Positions 1-8,693 are shown, numbered from the stretch's first letter. The stretch: 64,000 nucleotides of DNA from a virus (IMGVR_UViG_3300008954_002687:1-64000); one strand, 5' to 3'. Translations and numbers: made by a program. The notes: a model not told the origin generated them from the sequence alone.

Positions 1-1959
1 ATGGATAAGATAGGGTACACCCTCGGCGGCGCCGGCAAAATAGATGCACCATGGAAAATTAAGAGAAAAATGCTTAAAGTTGCGCTTGATGAAAAAGAAC
101 ATGAAGATTACAACCGAATAAATACTCAAATCGGCTTATATATCCCAAATCCGGGCGTTGCTGGACCCGCTGGTTACGATTTGGAAGAATTAGCCACAAG
201 ATACGGCGAATATTGGAAAAAGAACGCCGGATACATCAAAAAAGAGATAAACAAGCTTGATAATGACAAATATTCCATTATTATCACTCGACACCCCATC
301 GATGTGATGAGAATGAGTGATTTTGAGAAAATTACCTCTTGTCACTCTCCCCCAAGCCGCGGCGGGGGCTCTCAAGAGTATTATAAGTGTGCTGTTGCCG
401 AAGCAATGGGTCATGGAGCTATTGCATACGTTGTGGAGACAGAACACTTGCTTCACGATACAAATACAAGCAATATCGACAGTGCAGAGCAAGAAATTCA
501 AGAAGGCGAACTCTTTCATGATGACGCAAGGAATGCAGTTTCTGGTTATTTAACGCCCGTAAGTCGAACCAGATTGCGCCAAATGCGTTACTATACCGAT
601 CAAGACCTTGCGGGTGGTTCATATTATCCCAAACGCTGGGATGACGGAACAGAGCTAGCAGTACCCGAGAGACGCATCTATGGTGCGGCAATTCCAGGGC
701 TTTATGAACGTGTAGCTGAGTGGGCTCGGGAAAATCAAGAAAAAGCCATTGAAAAAATGCCAATTGACGGAGAAGACGGCGAAGCCATTAATTTAGATCG
801 TTTTTGGATATTTGGTGGTTCGTATGAAGATACCGCCGGCGCCGAGGGAAGAAAAGCGTTACTTTCTCGCCTAATTGGGCGCCCGGAGCTTGATTTTACC
901 GGCAACGTTCACCAAAACCAAGAAACTGAAGATGATTTAGATGCGAACGCTCTCTCTGGGTTCGCAGGACGATGGAGAAATGAAGTCGAAGAGATCATGG
1001 AGGAGTGGAATAACCGTTATGCCAATACGCATGTAGACGCAGAAGTACAGGAAGATTATGAAGGTGGGTTTTACATAAGTGTACGTGCAACGATGCAGTG
1101 GAGTTGGGATTTAGATGAGTTCTCCAAGTTACCCAACTCTTATCCCACCGGAACGTATGTTTTTGATAGTATAAATGATATATGGGGCGATATTTTTGAT
1201 TCAAGTAGTGGATTTATCAACAACTATGACAGAAAAAACGTGAGGATCGGGTGCGCCCTCAATCTAGAACACCCAGAAGTGTATGGAACAGGTGACTATG
1301 TCTATGATCCAGACAACCTTCGAGATCTTTGTGCTGCACTTGATACCAAAATGGATGATAAACGCGATGGTTTCAAGGCGACCATCGAGGAATTTTTAAA
1401 GCGCGAAGGCTGGATGGAAGGTGGAGAATACCTTAAGTTAGCTATGGAAATTGAGGATCGCGATCTCGCATCTTATGAATGGGATCTCGAAACAGACGGC
1501 GAGTATAGTGAGTCATATGAGTCCACCGCAAGATACTCATTTGATTATGACCCCGAAGAGTGGGGAATGGATATCCGTGTATTATTTAAGCTTTTGGATT
1601 CTCGCGATTACAAGATTGCTTTACGCAGAAATTTATTAGAATTACCAAGAAAAGAAGTTGAAACAGAGTATTATCTACAAATGAGCACCCAAACAGTAGA
1701 CTCCGGCGGAGATGCGCGTGTTACCGCTATCTTCTCGATTAATGCGGACGAACCTGATATCATGGCTCAACTTTTTAGAGAGCTTGTAGAGGGTTCTATG
1801 GACGATGAAGACAATCTTACGGTAGTGTTCAATAAGACCTTGGCTACACTCAAAAATAATATGGGTTCGGGAGTGTGGCCGGAAGAAGAGTCCGCAGCTA
1901 CTGCAAACTTGAGTGAGAATCTTGTTAAAACTTGGAAGCAGTTTATAAATTATGGCTAA
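1..1959 (+). CDS. Large acidic phage protein, probably 5'-truncated by the window; possible head-packaged protein
   Basis: 652 aa ORF from base 1. Conserved-looking block IITRHPIDVMRMSDF..SCH..YYKCAVAEA. The C-terminus LSENLVKTWKQFINYG resembles the ENWRKFIN leader of downstream genes. Confidence 0.6.
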   Translation: MDKIGYTLGGAGKIDAPWKIKRKMLKVALDEKEHEDYNRINTQIGLYIPNPGVAGPAGYDLEELATRYGEYWKKNAGYIKKEINKLDNDKYSIIITRHPIDVMRMSDFEKITSCHSPPSRGGGSQEYYKCAVAEAMGHGAIAYVVETEHLLHDTNTSNIDSAEQEIQEGELFHDDARNAVSGYLTPVSRTRLRQMRYYTDQDLAGGSYYPKRWDDGTELAVPERRIYGAAIPGLYERVAEWARENQEKAIEKMPIDGEDGEAINLDRFWIFGGSYEDTAGAEGRKALLSRLIGRPELDFTGNVHQNQETEDDLDANALSGFAGRWRNEVEEIMEEWNNRYANTHVDAEVQEDYEGGFYISVRATMQWSWDLDEFSKLPNSYPTGTYVFDSINDIWGDIFDSSSGFINNYDRKNVRIGCALNLEHPEVYGTGDYVYDPDNLRDLCAALDTKMDDKRDGFKATIEEFLKREGWMEGGEYLKLAMEIEDRDLASYEWDLETDGEYSESYESTARYSFDYDPEEWGMDIRVLFKLLDSRDYKIALRRNLLELPRKEVETEYYLQMSTQTVDSGGDARVTAIFSINADEPDIMAQLFRELVEGSMDDEDNLTVVFNKTLATLKNNMGSGVWPEEESAATANLSENLVKTWKQFINYG

Positions 1960-2191
1960 AAAGAAACTTCTTGAAGACTCGGACTGGCTTTTTACGATGT
2001 TAGCTGCCGTTGTTAAGAGAAGCGGCGGAGAATTGCGTATGCCTGACGAAGACCTTCTCAGTGTATCAAAAAAAGACATTATCGGGCTATTTTACGACAA
2101 AGAGGACAACTGCACTGTGTTGAAACTAGTTAATCCGTCAGAGGTGTTTGGGAAGAGTTTGGCTCTGACAGATAACGATTTGGATAACTAA
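1952..2191 (+). CDS. Hypothetical protein
   Basis: 79 aa ORF overlapping the upstream stop, in a tightly packed + strand run. Confidence 0.6.
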   Translation: MAKKKLLEDSDWLFTMLAAVVKRSGGELRMPDEDLLSVSKKDIIGLFYDKEDNCTVLKLVNPSEVFGKSLALTDNDLDN

Positions 2192-2192
2192 T

Positions 2193-2774
2193 ATGGATGA
2201 TACTTTTAGAAGGCTCAATATCCATTTTGATATTGAGGCACTAAGGAAGGCATATGACCGCGCAGTTAACGAAATTGGGTTTAGCGGCGAATTAGTTAAT
2301 TGTATAAGCTTAACTCACAAAGGCGACTCTCCCGGGGACCCGCGCGGTATTTTCTGGACTAAAAATCTAGATTATGAGGAGATTCAGGTCGAAAAATTTG
2401 TGGATGAGGGGGCATATAAAGTTTTCGAGCCTTTGCTGATGGATTCTTACTTCAAGAACGTCTATGATGTGCTATCGCGACACTTTAGGCTTGGAAGAGT
2501 TAGAATTTTGAAACTAAGCCCTAGGACGTGCCTAAGTTACCATCGCGATCCCGAGAACAGGCTTCATATACCAATTATTACCAACCCGGGCGCCCTAATG
2601 GTGGTTAATAATGAATGCTTTCATATGAAGGCGGAGGGTGATGTATATCATATGAAAACCACTCAGTACCACGCCGCAATGAATGGGGGAGATGTAGAGA
2701 GAATTCATTTAGTTGCAACTATCTTAGACGAAAATCCTGATGATGAACTGTACACTATCTATGGTGGAGACTAG
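2193..2774 (+). CDS. Aspartyl/asparaginyl beta-hydroxylase-like 2OG-Fe(II) oxygenase
   Basis: RVRILKL..LSYHRD..RLHIPIITN..YHAAMNGG..RIHLV fits the HxD...H...R pattern of this family. Confidence 0.8.
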   Translation: MDDTFRRLNIHFDIEALRKAYDRAVNEIGFSGELVNCISLTHKGDSPGDPRGIFWTKNLDYEEIQVEKFVDEGAYKVFEPLLMDSYFKNVYDVLSRHFRLGRVRILKLSPRTCLSYHRDPENRLHIPIITNPGALMVVNNECFHMKAEGDVYHMKTTQYHAAMNGGDVERIHLVATILDENPDDELYTIYGGD

Positions 2775-2801
2775 ATACTAATATAACCATGAAGGAGGGC
2801 T

Positions 2802-3368
2802 TTGTGGGTGCTTGGCGCACGAATTATATTAGTAGCTCAGATGTTGTTATATTCTGGAGTAGAACCACGCACTTCTCCTGAATCGCGGGAAGTAATATTG
2901 GTATCCAACAAGAGTGCCGCGGCAGTACGTCCACCTTTAGAGTGGGCTATCCCGCCTAATATTGTAGTCTGCAGCGGATCTGATGTTGAGATGGACACCG
3001 TACGGCGCGCCACAAAATTCTGGGAGAGACTCGGTTACAAATTTGGCGACATCCGCAAAGCCAAGCGCGACGACTACGCATGCGCAACAGGAATGCCTCC
3101 GCTTAATCAAATTTTAATAGATATCCCAAGTCAAGGGTTTCAGTTTGGAAAACATCTAGGAACCACGCGCACGTGGCATTATACGGAGTCCAATCTCGCC
3201 ATCCGCGCCAAAATAGAAATCGTTAGTGGTTGGGGAAATGCCGCGAGAGTTTTGGAGCACGAGATGGGGCATGCTTTTGGATGGAGAGATAACTCAAAGA
3301 CTGGTCACATTATGAACGGTTCGTGGTCACTAAGTGGATTAAACTCTCAAGGCTTGCGTAAACCGTGA
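2802..3368 (+). CDS. Matrixin/metzincin-like Zn metallopeptidase, probably exported
   Basis: VLEHEMGHAFGWRD (HExxHxxGxx[H/D]) followed by a Met-turn GHIMN; hydrophobic N-terminus; start codon uncertain. Confidence 0.7.
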   Translation: MWVLGARIILVAQMLLYSGVEPRTSPESREVILVSNKSAAAVRPPLEWAIPPNIVVCSGSDVEMDTVRRATKFWERLGYKFGDIRKAKRDDYACATGMPPLNQILIDIPSQGFQFGKHLGTTRTWHYTESNLAIRAKIEIVSGWGNAARVLEHEMGHAFGWRDNSKTGHIMNGSWSLSGLNSQGLRKP

Positions 3369-3709
3369 GATATGAGTATAGAGCAACTCTTATCCGTGTC
3401 ATTGATGGAGACACAATTGACGCTATGATAGATTTGGGTTTCAACACGTGGATTAAAAAAAGAGTGCGTTTGTGGGGCATTAACGCGCCTGAGAGTCGTA
3501 CAAAAAATTTAGAGGAGAAAGCCCTTGGTCTCGCCGCCAAAGAGCGCTTACAGGGGCTTCTAGAGGGCGTAAATGGCGAATTTATATTGATATCTCACGG
3601 AGTAGGCAAGTATGGAAGGTGCCTTGGCACACTACTTATAGGAGAGTATGGAGAAATTCATATTAATAACTTATTGTTGTTTGAAGGATATGCGGAGGAG
3701 TATGAATGA
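3365..3709 (+). CDS. Thermonuclease (SNase-like) family nuclease
   Basis: RVIDGDTID, RVRLWGINAPESRT and GKYGRCLG motifs. Confidence 0.9.
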   Translation: MRYEYRATLIRVIDGDTIDAMIDLGFNTWIKKRVRLWGINAPESRTKNLEEKALGLAAKERLQGLLEGVNGEFILISHGVGKYGRCLGTLLIGEYGEIHINNLLLFEGYAEEYE

Positions 3710-4275
3710 ACAAATTTTTATTTTTAGCGTTGGCGGTTTTGTCTTGTGATCCCACGCCAGTATTAATTACAGAACAAGATACGGCACCAATAGAAGAAGA
3801 CCGAAGCTGGGTCACTTGGGATGAGTGTGGTCACAACATTGATGAAAACCCATGCAACTTTGTTCTTACGGACCAAAATGGCAAAGAAGTGGAACTATAT
3901 GACTTTTATGGTAAAGTTATTGTCGTTGATTTCTCAACGATGTGGTGTGCGGTCTGCGTGAATATCGCGACTGAAGGTGATCAACTTGTAGCCAAGCATG
4001 GCGAAGAAAATGTGGTATGGCTCACAGTGTTAATTGAAAACGAAACCGGGAATCCACCCGATTTAGCTGATCTTCAGCGGTGGGTTGCCACGCATGGCAT
4101 AAAGGTGCCCGTTTTGGGCGCAGATAGGAGCCTTATTGACATGTCTGCTAACACAGGCTATCCTATCGCCGGCTGGCCAACATTGGTAGTGATAGATCGC
4201 AATATGGTTTTAAAACATGGTATTAGCGGCTGGAGCGAACAGGCGATTGATATTTGGGTGAGCGGGTTACTATAA
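3706..4275 (+). CDS. TlpA/redoxin family thiol-disulfide oxidoreductase lipoprotein
   Basis: Lipobox-like LAVLSC; FVLTDQNG..GKVIVVDFSTMWCAVC (CxxC); GWPTLVVID cis-Pro motif. Confidence 0.85.
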   Translation: MNKFLFLALAVLSCDPTPVLITEQDTAPIEEDRSWVTWDECGHNIDENPCNFVLTDQNGKEVELYDFYGKVIVVDFSTMWCAVCVNIATEGDQLVAKHGEENVVWLTVLIENETGNPPDLADLQRWVATHGIKVPVLGADRSLIDMSANTGYPIAGWPTLVVIDRNMVLKHGISGWSEQAIDIWVSGLL

Positions 4276-4280
4276 TTTAT

Positions 4281-4290
4281 ACTACTTATA
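4281..4290 (+). promoter_or_regulatory. Putative phage late promoter (CTANTTA motif)
   Basis: ACTACTTATA 3 nt upstream of the ATG at 4294; related motifs precede several other genes. Confidence 0.45.
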
Positions 4291-4293
4291 AAT

Positions 4294-4392
4294 ATGAATT
4301 ATTTGGATCTAGCACTTAGTAAGCTTGAGGGCGACGAGCTATCGGCATACGAAGAAGAAATCGAGCTTTGGATCACTTACGGAGGCGATTAA
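4294..4392 (+). CDS. 32 aa acidic peptide MNYLDLALSKLEGDELSAYEEEIELWITYGGD (not in ORF track)
   Basis: Manual translation. It fills the gap between TlpA and CglF and shares its C-terminus EL(W/Y)xxYGGD with the 2193 hydroxylase. Confidence 0.55.
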   Translation: MNYLDLALSKLEGDELSAYEEEIELWITYGGD

Positions 4393-4393
4393 A

Positions 4394-4642
4394 ATGAAGT
4401 ATTTATTCTTGTTTTTGCTCTCTGGTATTGCTCTCGCTGATGATACCAAGGAAGAAGAGCCGAAAGTCATTTACAAAGAGCGAACTGAAATCGATTTCGA
4501 AGGCGTTGAAGTTGCCGGCGAACTTGTGCGACCCCAAGGAACGCTCATTTTGGATAGGAAAAGAGCACAATTCAACTCCATGATCAAGCTGCGCACCGAC
4601 TTTGATGATGAAATGGACAAATCAGTAGATGAGATAAAATGA
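4394..4642 (+). CDS. cglF: Adventurous gliding motility protein CglF/GltF homologue
   Basis: GGAGG RBS at 4381 and ATG at 4394. Signal peptide followed by KVIYKERTEIDFEGVEVAGELVRPQG..RKRAQFNSMIKLRTDFDDEMDKS, matching the recalled Myxococcus CglF pattern (IDF...GEL.KP.G...F.SLIK.R..F). Confidence 0.75.
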   Translation: MKYLFLFLLSGIALADDTKEEEPKVIYKERTEIDFEGVEVAGELVRPQGTLILDRKRAQFNSMIKLRTDFDDEMDKSVDEIK

Positions 4643-4670
4643 AACTCCTATTTGAAAACTGGCGCAAGTT
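4639..4670 (+). repeat. Leader repeat copy 1 (MKLLFENWRKF)
   Basis: atgaaactcctatttgaaaactggcgcaagtt; 3 mismatches to copies 2 and 3. Confidence 0.9.
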
Positions 4671-5667
4671 TGTCAAGGAAGAGGCTTCATTCGATCTTAA
4701 GAACGCTGCCACTGCTTTCGATGCTGGGAGCCCAAAAGCTCGTAAAGACGAGTTTATGACGAGGGTCAAAGAGACTGCTAACAAGCTCGGCTTTCACTAT
4801 GTTAAAAAACTTGGCGAAGGTCAAATGGGCGAAGTATTTTTGGTCGAGAACAAAGAAACCGGCGAACGCAATGCGCTGAAGGTTGTAACTGATCGCCTCT
4901 ACGGTGGTCCGGCAACTTCTGAGCAGGAAGCCAGAAACTATCGATTTGCGATGGAAAACAAGGCATCGATGCCTGAAAAATATGCCAAGTATTTGCCCGA
5001 TGTATATGAAGTGGTTAAGGGAGATAAAGACTATTATATCTTTATGGAGGTTCTCCAAGATATCCCAGATAGAGTGAAAACTGACTTATTTCGATTGAAT
5101 GCAAAGGATTTTTCCTTGGATCGATATGAAAAGTATGTTAGAATATTAAAAGACCCCCAAGCTACTTACGACATTATCTTAACTGCCCTCTACGGAGATC
5201 TTATTTTAGCGCAAGGAGATGAGGACGTGAAGGAGAATATTCTGCACAATGTTCCAAATAAAGTTATAAAGAAAATCATGGATGACACAGACACCGACTG
5301 GGGTTGGAAGACTGTTGATGCTCTTGCTGATCTAATTGTTCAAGAATCTATGGAATATCTCCATCAAGGAGATGGGTTCTATGAATCTTTGCCAGTTTCC
5401 TTTAGAGATTCACTTCGACTTTCATTGGACGAAGCTTTTGACAAGCAGATAGTTCCCGTACATCAAGGACACGGCGCCGTTTCACACGCAGGTCGTTCCC
5501 CAGAAAGCATAGAAAAGCTATTCCCCGAGGCGCGGAATCTGATGGCTGCGATGAGATATTTCCATGATGATCAGAAATGGCAACCGAAAGATGTTCACTC
5601 GGGAAATGTGATGGTTCGTCCCGGGACAAAGGACTTCGTGATCACCGATCTCGGACTATTTAGCTAA
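4639..5667 (+). CDS. Protein kinase-like enzyme with shared N-terminal leader
   Basis: LGEGQMGEVF Gly-loop, ALK, helix-C Glu, IFME hinge, KDVHSGNVM catalytic loop; ends TDLGLFS right after the DFG-equivalent. Confidence 0.85.
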   Translation: MKLLFENWRKFVKEEASFDLKNAATAFDAGSPKARKDEFMTRVKETANKLGFHYVKKLGEGQMGEVFLVENKETGERNALKVVTDRLYGGPATSEQEARNYRFAMENKASMPEKYAKYLPDVYEVVKGDKDYYIFMEVLQDIPDRVKTDLFRLNAKDFSLDRYEKYVRILKDPQATYDIILTALYGDLILAQGDEDVKENILHNVPNKVIKKIMDDTDTDWGWKTVDALADLIVQESMEYLHQGDGFYESLPVSFRDSLRLSLDEAFDKQIVPVHQGHGAVSHAGRSPESIEKLFPEARNLMAAMRYFHDDQKWQPKDVHSGNVMVRPGTKDFVITDLGLFS

Positions 5668-5668
5668 T

Positions 5669-5700
5669 ATGAAACTCCTACTTGAAAATTGGCGAAAGTT
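5669..5700 (+). repeat. Leader repeat copy 2 (MKLLLENWRKF)
   Basis: atgaaactcctacttgaaaattggcgaaagtt, identical to 6289-6320. Confidence 0.95.
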
Positions 5701-6292
5701 TTTAAACGAGAAAAAGTGGGAAGATTTCGACATTCCCAAGAATCAATGGTCGGATGTTAGCCCAGAAGACATTAAATCGTCTCAAGATCCTCTAAACGTA
5801 GATCTGTCAGACGAGTTGTACGATCTTATTAACACAGCGTACGCGCCTATAGGGGGACATTTTGATTTTAATAACTCCGGAGATTTGCCGGCGGACCATG
5901 ATGATTGGATAGCAATCGATTGGGACGAAGATCCCGAACCTGACGCGTTAAGAATTGGCAAGAACACACCCGCCGGCATAAAGATGACTGGCGCAGGACA
6001 TGACGGACAACGTCAAAGCAAGCGACACTATATTGAAAAAACACTGGAATTGTTATCAAGTCCCGGCTATTACGCCGAAATGTCTAAGCGCATAGCTGAC
6101 ATCATGATTAATGCCGGTGTGCCGTACGTCGGCGACCCCGAGGTGCTCGCGAGGGTGTTGGGTCCCACTAAAGAATTTGAATGGCTAGGAGATCATCCAG
6201 ATGGTTTGTATCCCGAGTATAAGGGGTGGTATCGTCGCTCAGTCGGTGGAAATCCGGGTGAATTGAAAATTATGTTTGGAGATCCTCGATGA
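5669..6292 (+). CDS. Phage protein of unknown function with shared N-terminal leader
   Basis: 207 aa starting MKLLLENWRKFLNE; blocks AYAPIGGH, GHDG, YAEMS, GWYRR..GG look conserved. Confidence 0.75.
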   Translation: MKLLLENWRKFLNEKKWEDFDIPKNQWSDVSPEDIKSSQDPLNVDLSDELYDLINTAYAPIGGHFDFNNSGDLPADHDDWIAIDWDEDPEPDALRIGKNTPAGIKMTGAGHDGQRQSKRHYIEKTLELLSSPGYYAEMSKRIADIMINAGVPYVGDPEVLARVLGPTKEFEWLGDHPDGLYPEYKGWYRRSVGGNPGELKIMFGDPR

Positions 6293-6320
6293 AACTCCTA
6301 CTTGAAAATTGGCGAAAGTT
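6289..6320 (+). repeat. Leader repeat copy 3 (MKLLLENWRKF)
   Basis: Identical 32 nt to 5669-5700. Confidence 0.95.
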
Positions 6321-6975
6321 CATAAATGAAGAGCATGAGCCCATCACAACCCTTCGTATCTTCGACTTCGATGAAACAATAGCCCACACGAGGTCAGAAA
6401 CACGCGTTAAAGCCCCTGATGGTTCCGAAGCGATTCTAGGCAACCAACAGGAATTTGAGGAGTATATGAATGCCGCAGCGGCAAAAGAGGGCATTGAGGC
6501 ATTTGATGCAGTCGACAAATTGATGGAATTGGGATATGAAATTGATTTAAGTGATTTCTCGATTGTGAAGGACCCCGATGAGATTGTGATAGTCACCGAT
6601 GAGCTTCGTGAGTTCTCCGAGAATTCAAAGACGTACATTATGACTGCTCGACGGGGACAATCTCTTGGTCCTATCTTAGATTATCTAGATGAGATCGGAA
6701 TCGACTCGTCAAGAGTGCGACCGATTGCAACACAGGGAGAATCCAAGGGAGACGTCATCGCTCACATGATTTCACAAAAGATTATGAATAGTGGAAAATC
6801 CAACATCAATCGCATTGAATATTACGAAGATTCGCAAAAGAATATTGATGATGTGTTAAACAAGATATGCAATAATGAACAATTAGCCGAGATTAAACCA
6901 GAAGATTTCGTGCTTATCGACAATAAAGTAATTAAAATTGATGACGGCTATAAATTAGAACAGATCAGTTGTTAA
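6289..6975 (+). CDS. HAD-superfamily phosphatase with shared N-terminal leader
   Basis: Motif I IFDFDETI, motif II IMTAR, Lys in ESKGD, motif IV YYEDSQKN. Confidence 0.8.
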   Translation: MKLLLENWRKFINEEHEPITTLRIFDFDETIAHTRSETRVKAPDGSEAILGNQQEFEEYMNAAAAKEGIEAFDAVDKLMELGYEIDLSDFSIVKDPDEIVIVTDELREFSENSKTYIMTARRGQSLGPILDYLDEIGIDSSRVRPIATQGESKGDVIAHMISQKIMNSGKSNINRIEYYEDSQKNIDDVLNKICNNEQLAEIKPEDFVLIDNKVIKIDDGYKLEQISC

Positions 6976-7008
6976 TTTAAAACTAATTAAAGGCGTAGGA
7001 GGCGCACG

Positions 7009-7335
7009 ATGTCTAACATAAACAATGGATGGGAGACCTATTCAAAATTAGTATTACAACAACTGGAGACACTTGCCGGCGGCATTGAAGGTCTTCGGTC
7101 TGAGCTTCAAGATGTAAAGGGGCAATTGACCGAATTAAAAGCGAGAGAAGATCGCGTGCAAGATCTAAAGGCTTGGAAAGAAAAGGTGGATGAAGTCGCT
7201 TCCCCTACTCAAATGCAAGCTAAGTTTGAAGAGATAGAAGAACTAAAAGAATTTAAAACCAAGGCAGTGACCATATTTATGGTAATCCAAACACTAATGG
7301 GTATCGCGATGGCATGGGGTCTTGATATTTTTTAG
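7009..7335 (+). CDS. Coiled-coil protein with C-terminal transmembrane helix
   Basis: GGAGG RBS; heptad pattern; C-terminal AVTIFMVIQTLMGIAMAWGL; ACTAATTA motif at 6982. Confidence 0.7.
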   Translation: MSNINNGWETYSKLVLQQLETLAGGIEGLRSELQDVKGQLTELKAREDRVQDLKAWKEKVDEVASPTQMQAKFEEIEELKEFKTKAVTIFMVIQTLMGIAMAWGLDIF

Positions 7336-7364
7336 TTGACAGGTGCTCATGAAGCGGTTACATT
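7336..7364 (+). promoter_or_regulatory. Sigma70-type early promoter
   Basis: TTGACA-17 nt-TACATT just before the ATG at 7370. Confidence 0.6.
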
Positions 7365-7369
7365 GTCGT

Positions 7370-7621
7370 ATGTATAATTTTAAAGTTGGTGATTTAATAG
7401 CCAAGAAAAACCCTAATCAAGATTTGATACTCAAAGTGGGAGTGATCTTGCGCTCCGAACAGGATGCTTTTATCGTCAAGTGGACCTCATATAACAAAGA
7501 ATTCTTTATGGAAAAAGAAGATGATATGTTCGGAGAGCTTAACAATATGTACCTTTTATCTCTCCAATCTTTCAACCGGCGCGCCGAAGGAGCTTTTTTG
7601 TGTTTGCTAAATCCTAGTTAA
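7370..7621 (+). CDS. Small SH3/KOW-like barrel protein
   Basis: FKVGDLIAKK...VGVIL...VKW pattern; start placed at the ATG downstream of the promoter. Confidence 0.55.
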   Translation: MYNFKVGDLIAKKNPNQDLILKVGVILRSEQDAFIVKWTSYNKEFFMEKEDDMFGELNNMYLLSLQSFNRRAEGAFLCLLNPS

Positions 7622-7624
7622 AAT

Positions 7625-7915
7625 ATGGGGAATAGCACTGAACTTACAGAAAGAATAAAGAGAGTAATCCGACAAATATCTGGAAAAGTATCCGATACTG
7701 AAATGGAATTGCTCCCAGAATATCGTATAAAAGGGTCTGGTGTTCTCTATTGTCTTTCGGTAGACAATAAAAAATTTATTAAGGTTGCCCGGGGGATCTC
7801 GGCATATGTAATCGAAGAAGATTATGATACACAAATGAGAACTTTGATTTATACTCTTTATGGAGATATAGTTTTAATAGAGCCCGAAGAAATAGAGGAA
7901 ATAGGTTTTGAATAA
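7625..7915 (+). CDS. Hypothetical protein
   Basis: 96 aa ORF abutting both neighbours. Confidence 0.6.
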   Translation: MGNSTELTERIKRVIRQISGKVSDTEMELLPEYRIKGSGVLYCLSVDNKKFIKVARGISAYVIEEDYDTQMRTLIYTLYGDIVLIEPEEIEEIGFE

Positions 7916-8067
7916 TGTTATTTAGATTTAATAAGTTTTGGAAATCATTACTTTTTTTAATCAGCGCATGGGTTTGTTACGGTGCGTGGGGATTTGAGTT
8001 CACAGTCATTACCTTGTTATCTGTTGTTTGCATGCTCCAATTAAGAGACAACAACATTCATTTTTGA
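7915..8067 (+). CDS. 50 aa membrane protein (not in ORF track)
   Basis: TAATG overlap with upstream gene; MLFRFNKFWKSLLFLISAWVCYGAWGFEFTVITLLSVVCMLQLRDNNIHF has two hydrophobic segments. Confidence 0.55.
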   Translation: MLFRFNKFWKSLLFLISAWVCYGAWGFEFTVITLLSVVCMLQLRDNNIHF

Positions 8068-8203
8068 AACATGAAAAAATATAAATTTGAAGTTATAAAT
8101 TTAACCGACAAGAAATGCGAAACCATGGAAGTTTCGAATGAGTTCTCGGTTTACGATAGAAAAACAAAAAGCTACACAGTGATAACTTGCGAATTGTCTA
8201 ATT

Positions 8204-8431
8204 ATGACAGTTCCAATGAATCACGCCAAACGAAATAGGACATTTGTTCGTTCGCATGGGTCAACCCTCACCCGCGCAGGAGAAGAGTTATTCTTAGTGT
8301 ACACCTACGAGGCAAAAACGGAAAAAGTCACATCAGAGGGACCATATACCAATGAAGATGAAGCCTTTGAGTGGATGCGCGATAAACTATCTGAAGGCAC
8401 ATGTGCATGGGTGGTTTCATACGATGGATGA
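8204..8431 (+). CDS. Hypothetical protein
   Basis: 75 aa ORF; start uncertain. Confidence 0.5.
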   Translation: MTVPMNHAKRNRTFVRSHGSTLTRAGEELFLVYTYEAKTEKVTSEGPYTNEDEAFEWMRDKLSEGTCAWVVSYDG

Positions 8432-8693
8432 AAGACCCTCTTTTGGAGAGTTGTCTTCTGAGGCGTTAGAAGTGGGAGACTTGGTTGAATGGTCTACGTG
8501 GAATAGCGATGAGGACTGCTGGCACTACAACTACGGAATTATAACTGAGATTAAAAACGAAATACGCACAAACCGAATGGTCTCAATTTCTAAGGTAATG
8601 CCCATGAATGGTGACCACATCGAATTGGAACACTTTTCACTAAGTCTCCGATTGGTATCCCGCTCACAGGAGAACACATATGATGATAGTTGA
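8424..8693 (+). CDS. Small SH3/KOW-like barrel protein
   Basis: LEVGDLVEW...YGIITEI pattern; ATG at 8424 overlaps the upstream gene end. Confidence 0.55.
   Translation: MDERPSFGELSSEALEVGDLVEWSTWNSDEDCWHYNYGIITEIKNEIRTNRMVSISKVMPMNGDHIELEHFSLSLRLVSRSQENTYDDS

Noticed and set aside
4325-4393. ORF-track N-terminal extension of the CglF ORF
   Set aside because: RBS and signal peptide support ATG 4394; the upstream region encodes the 32 aa peptide in another frame
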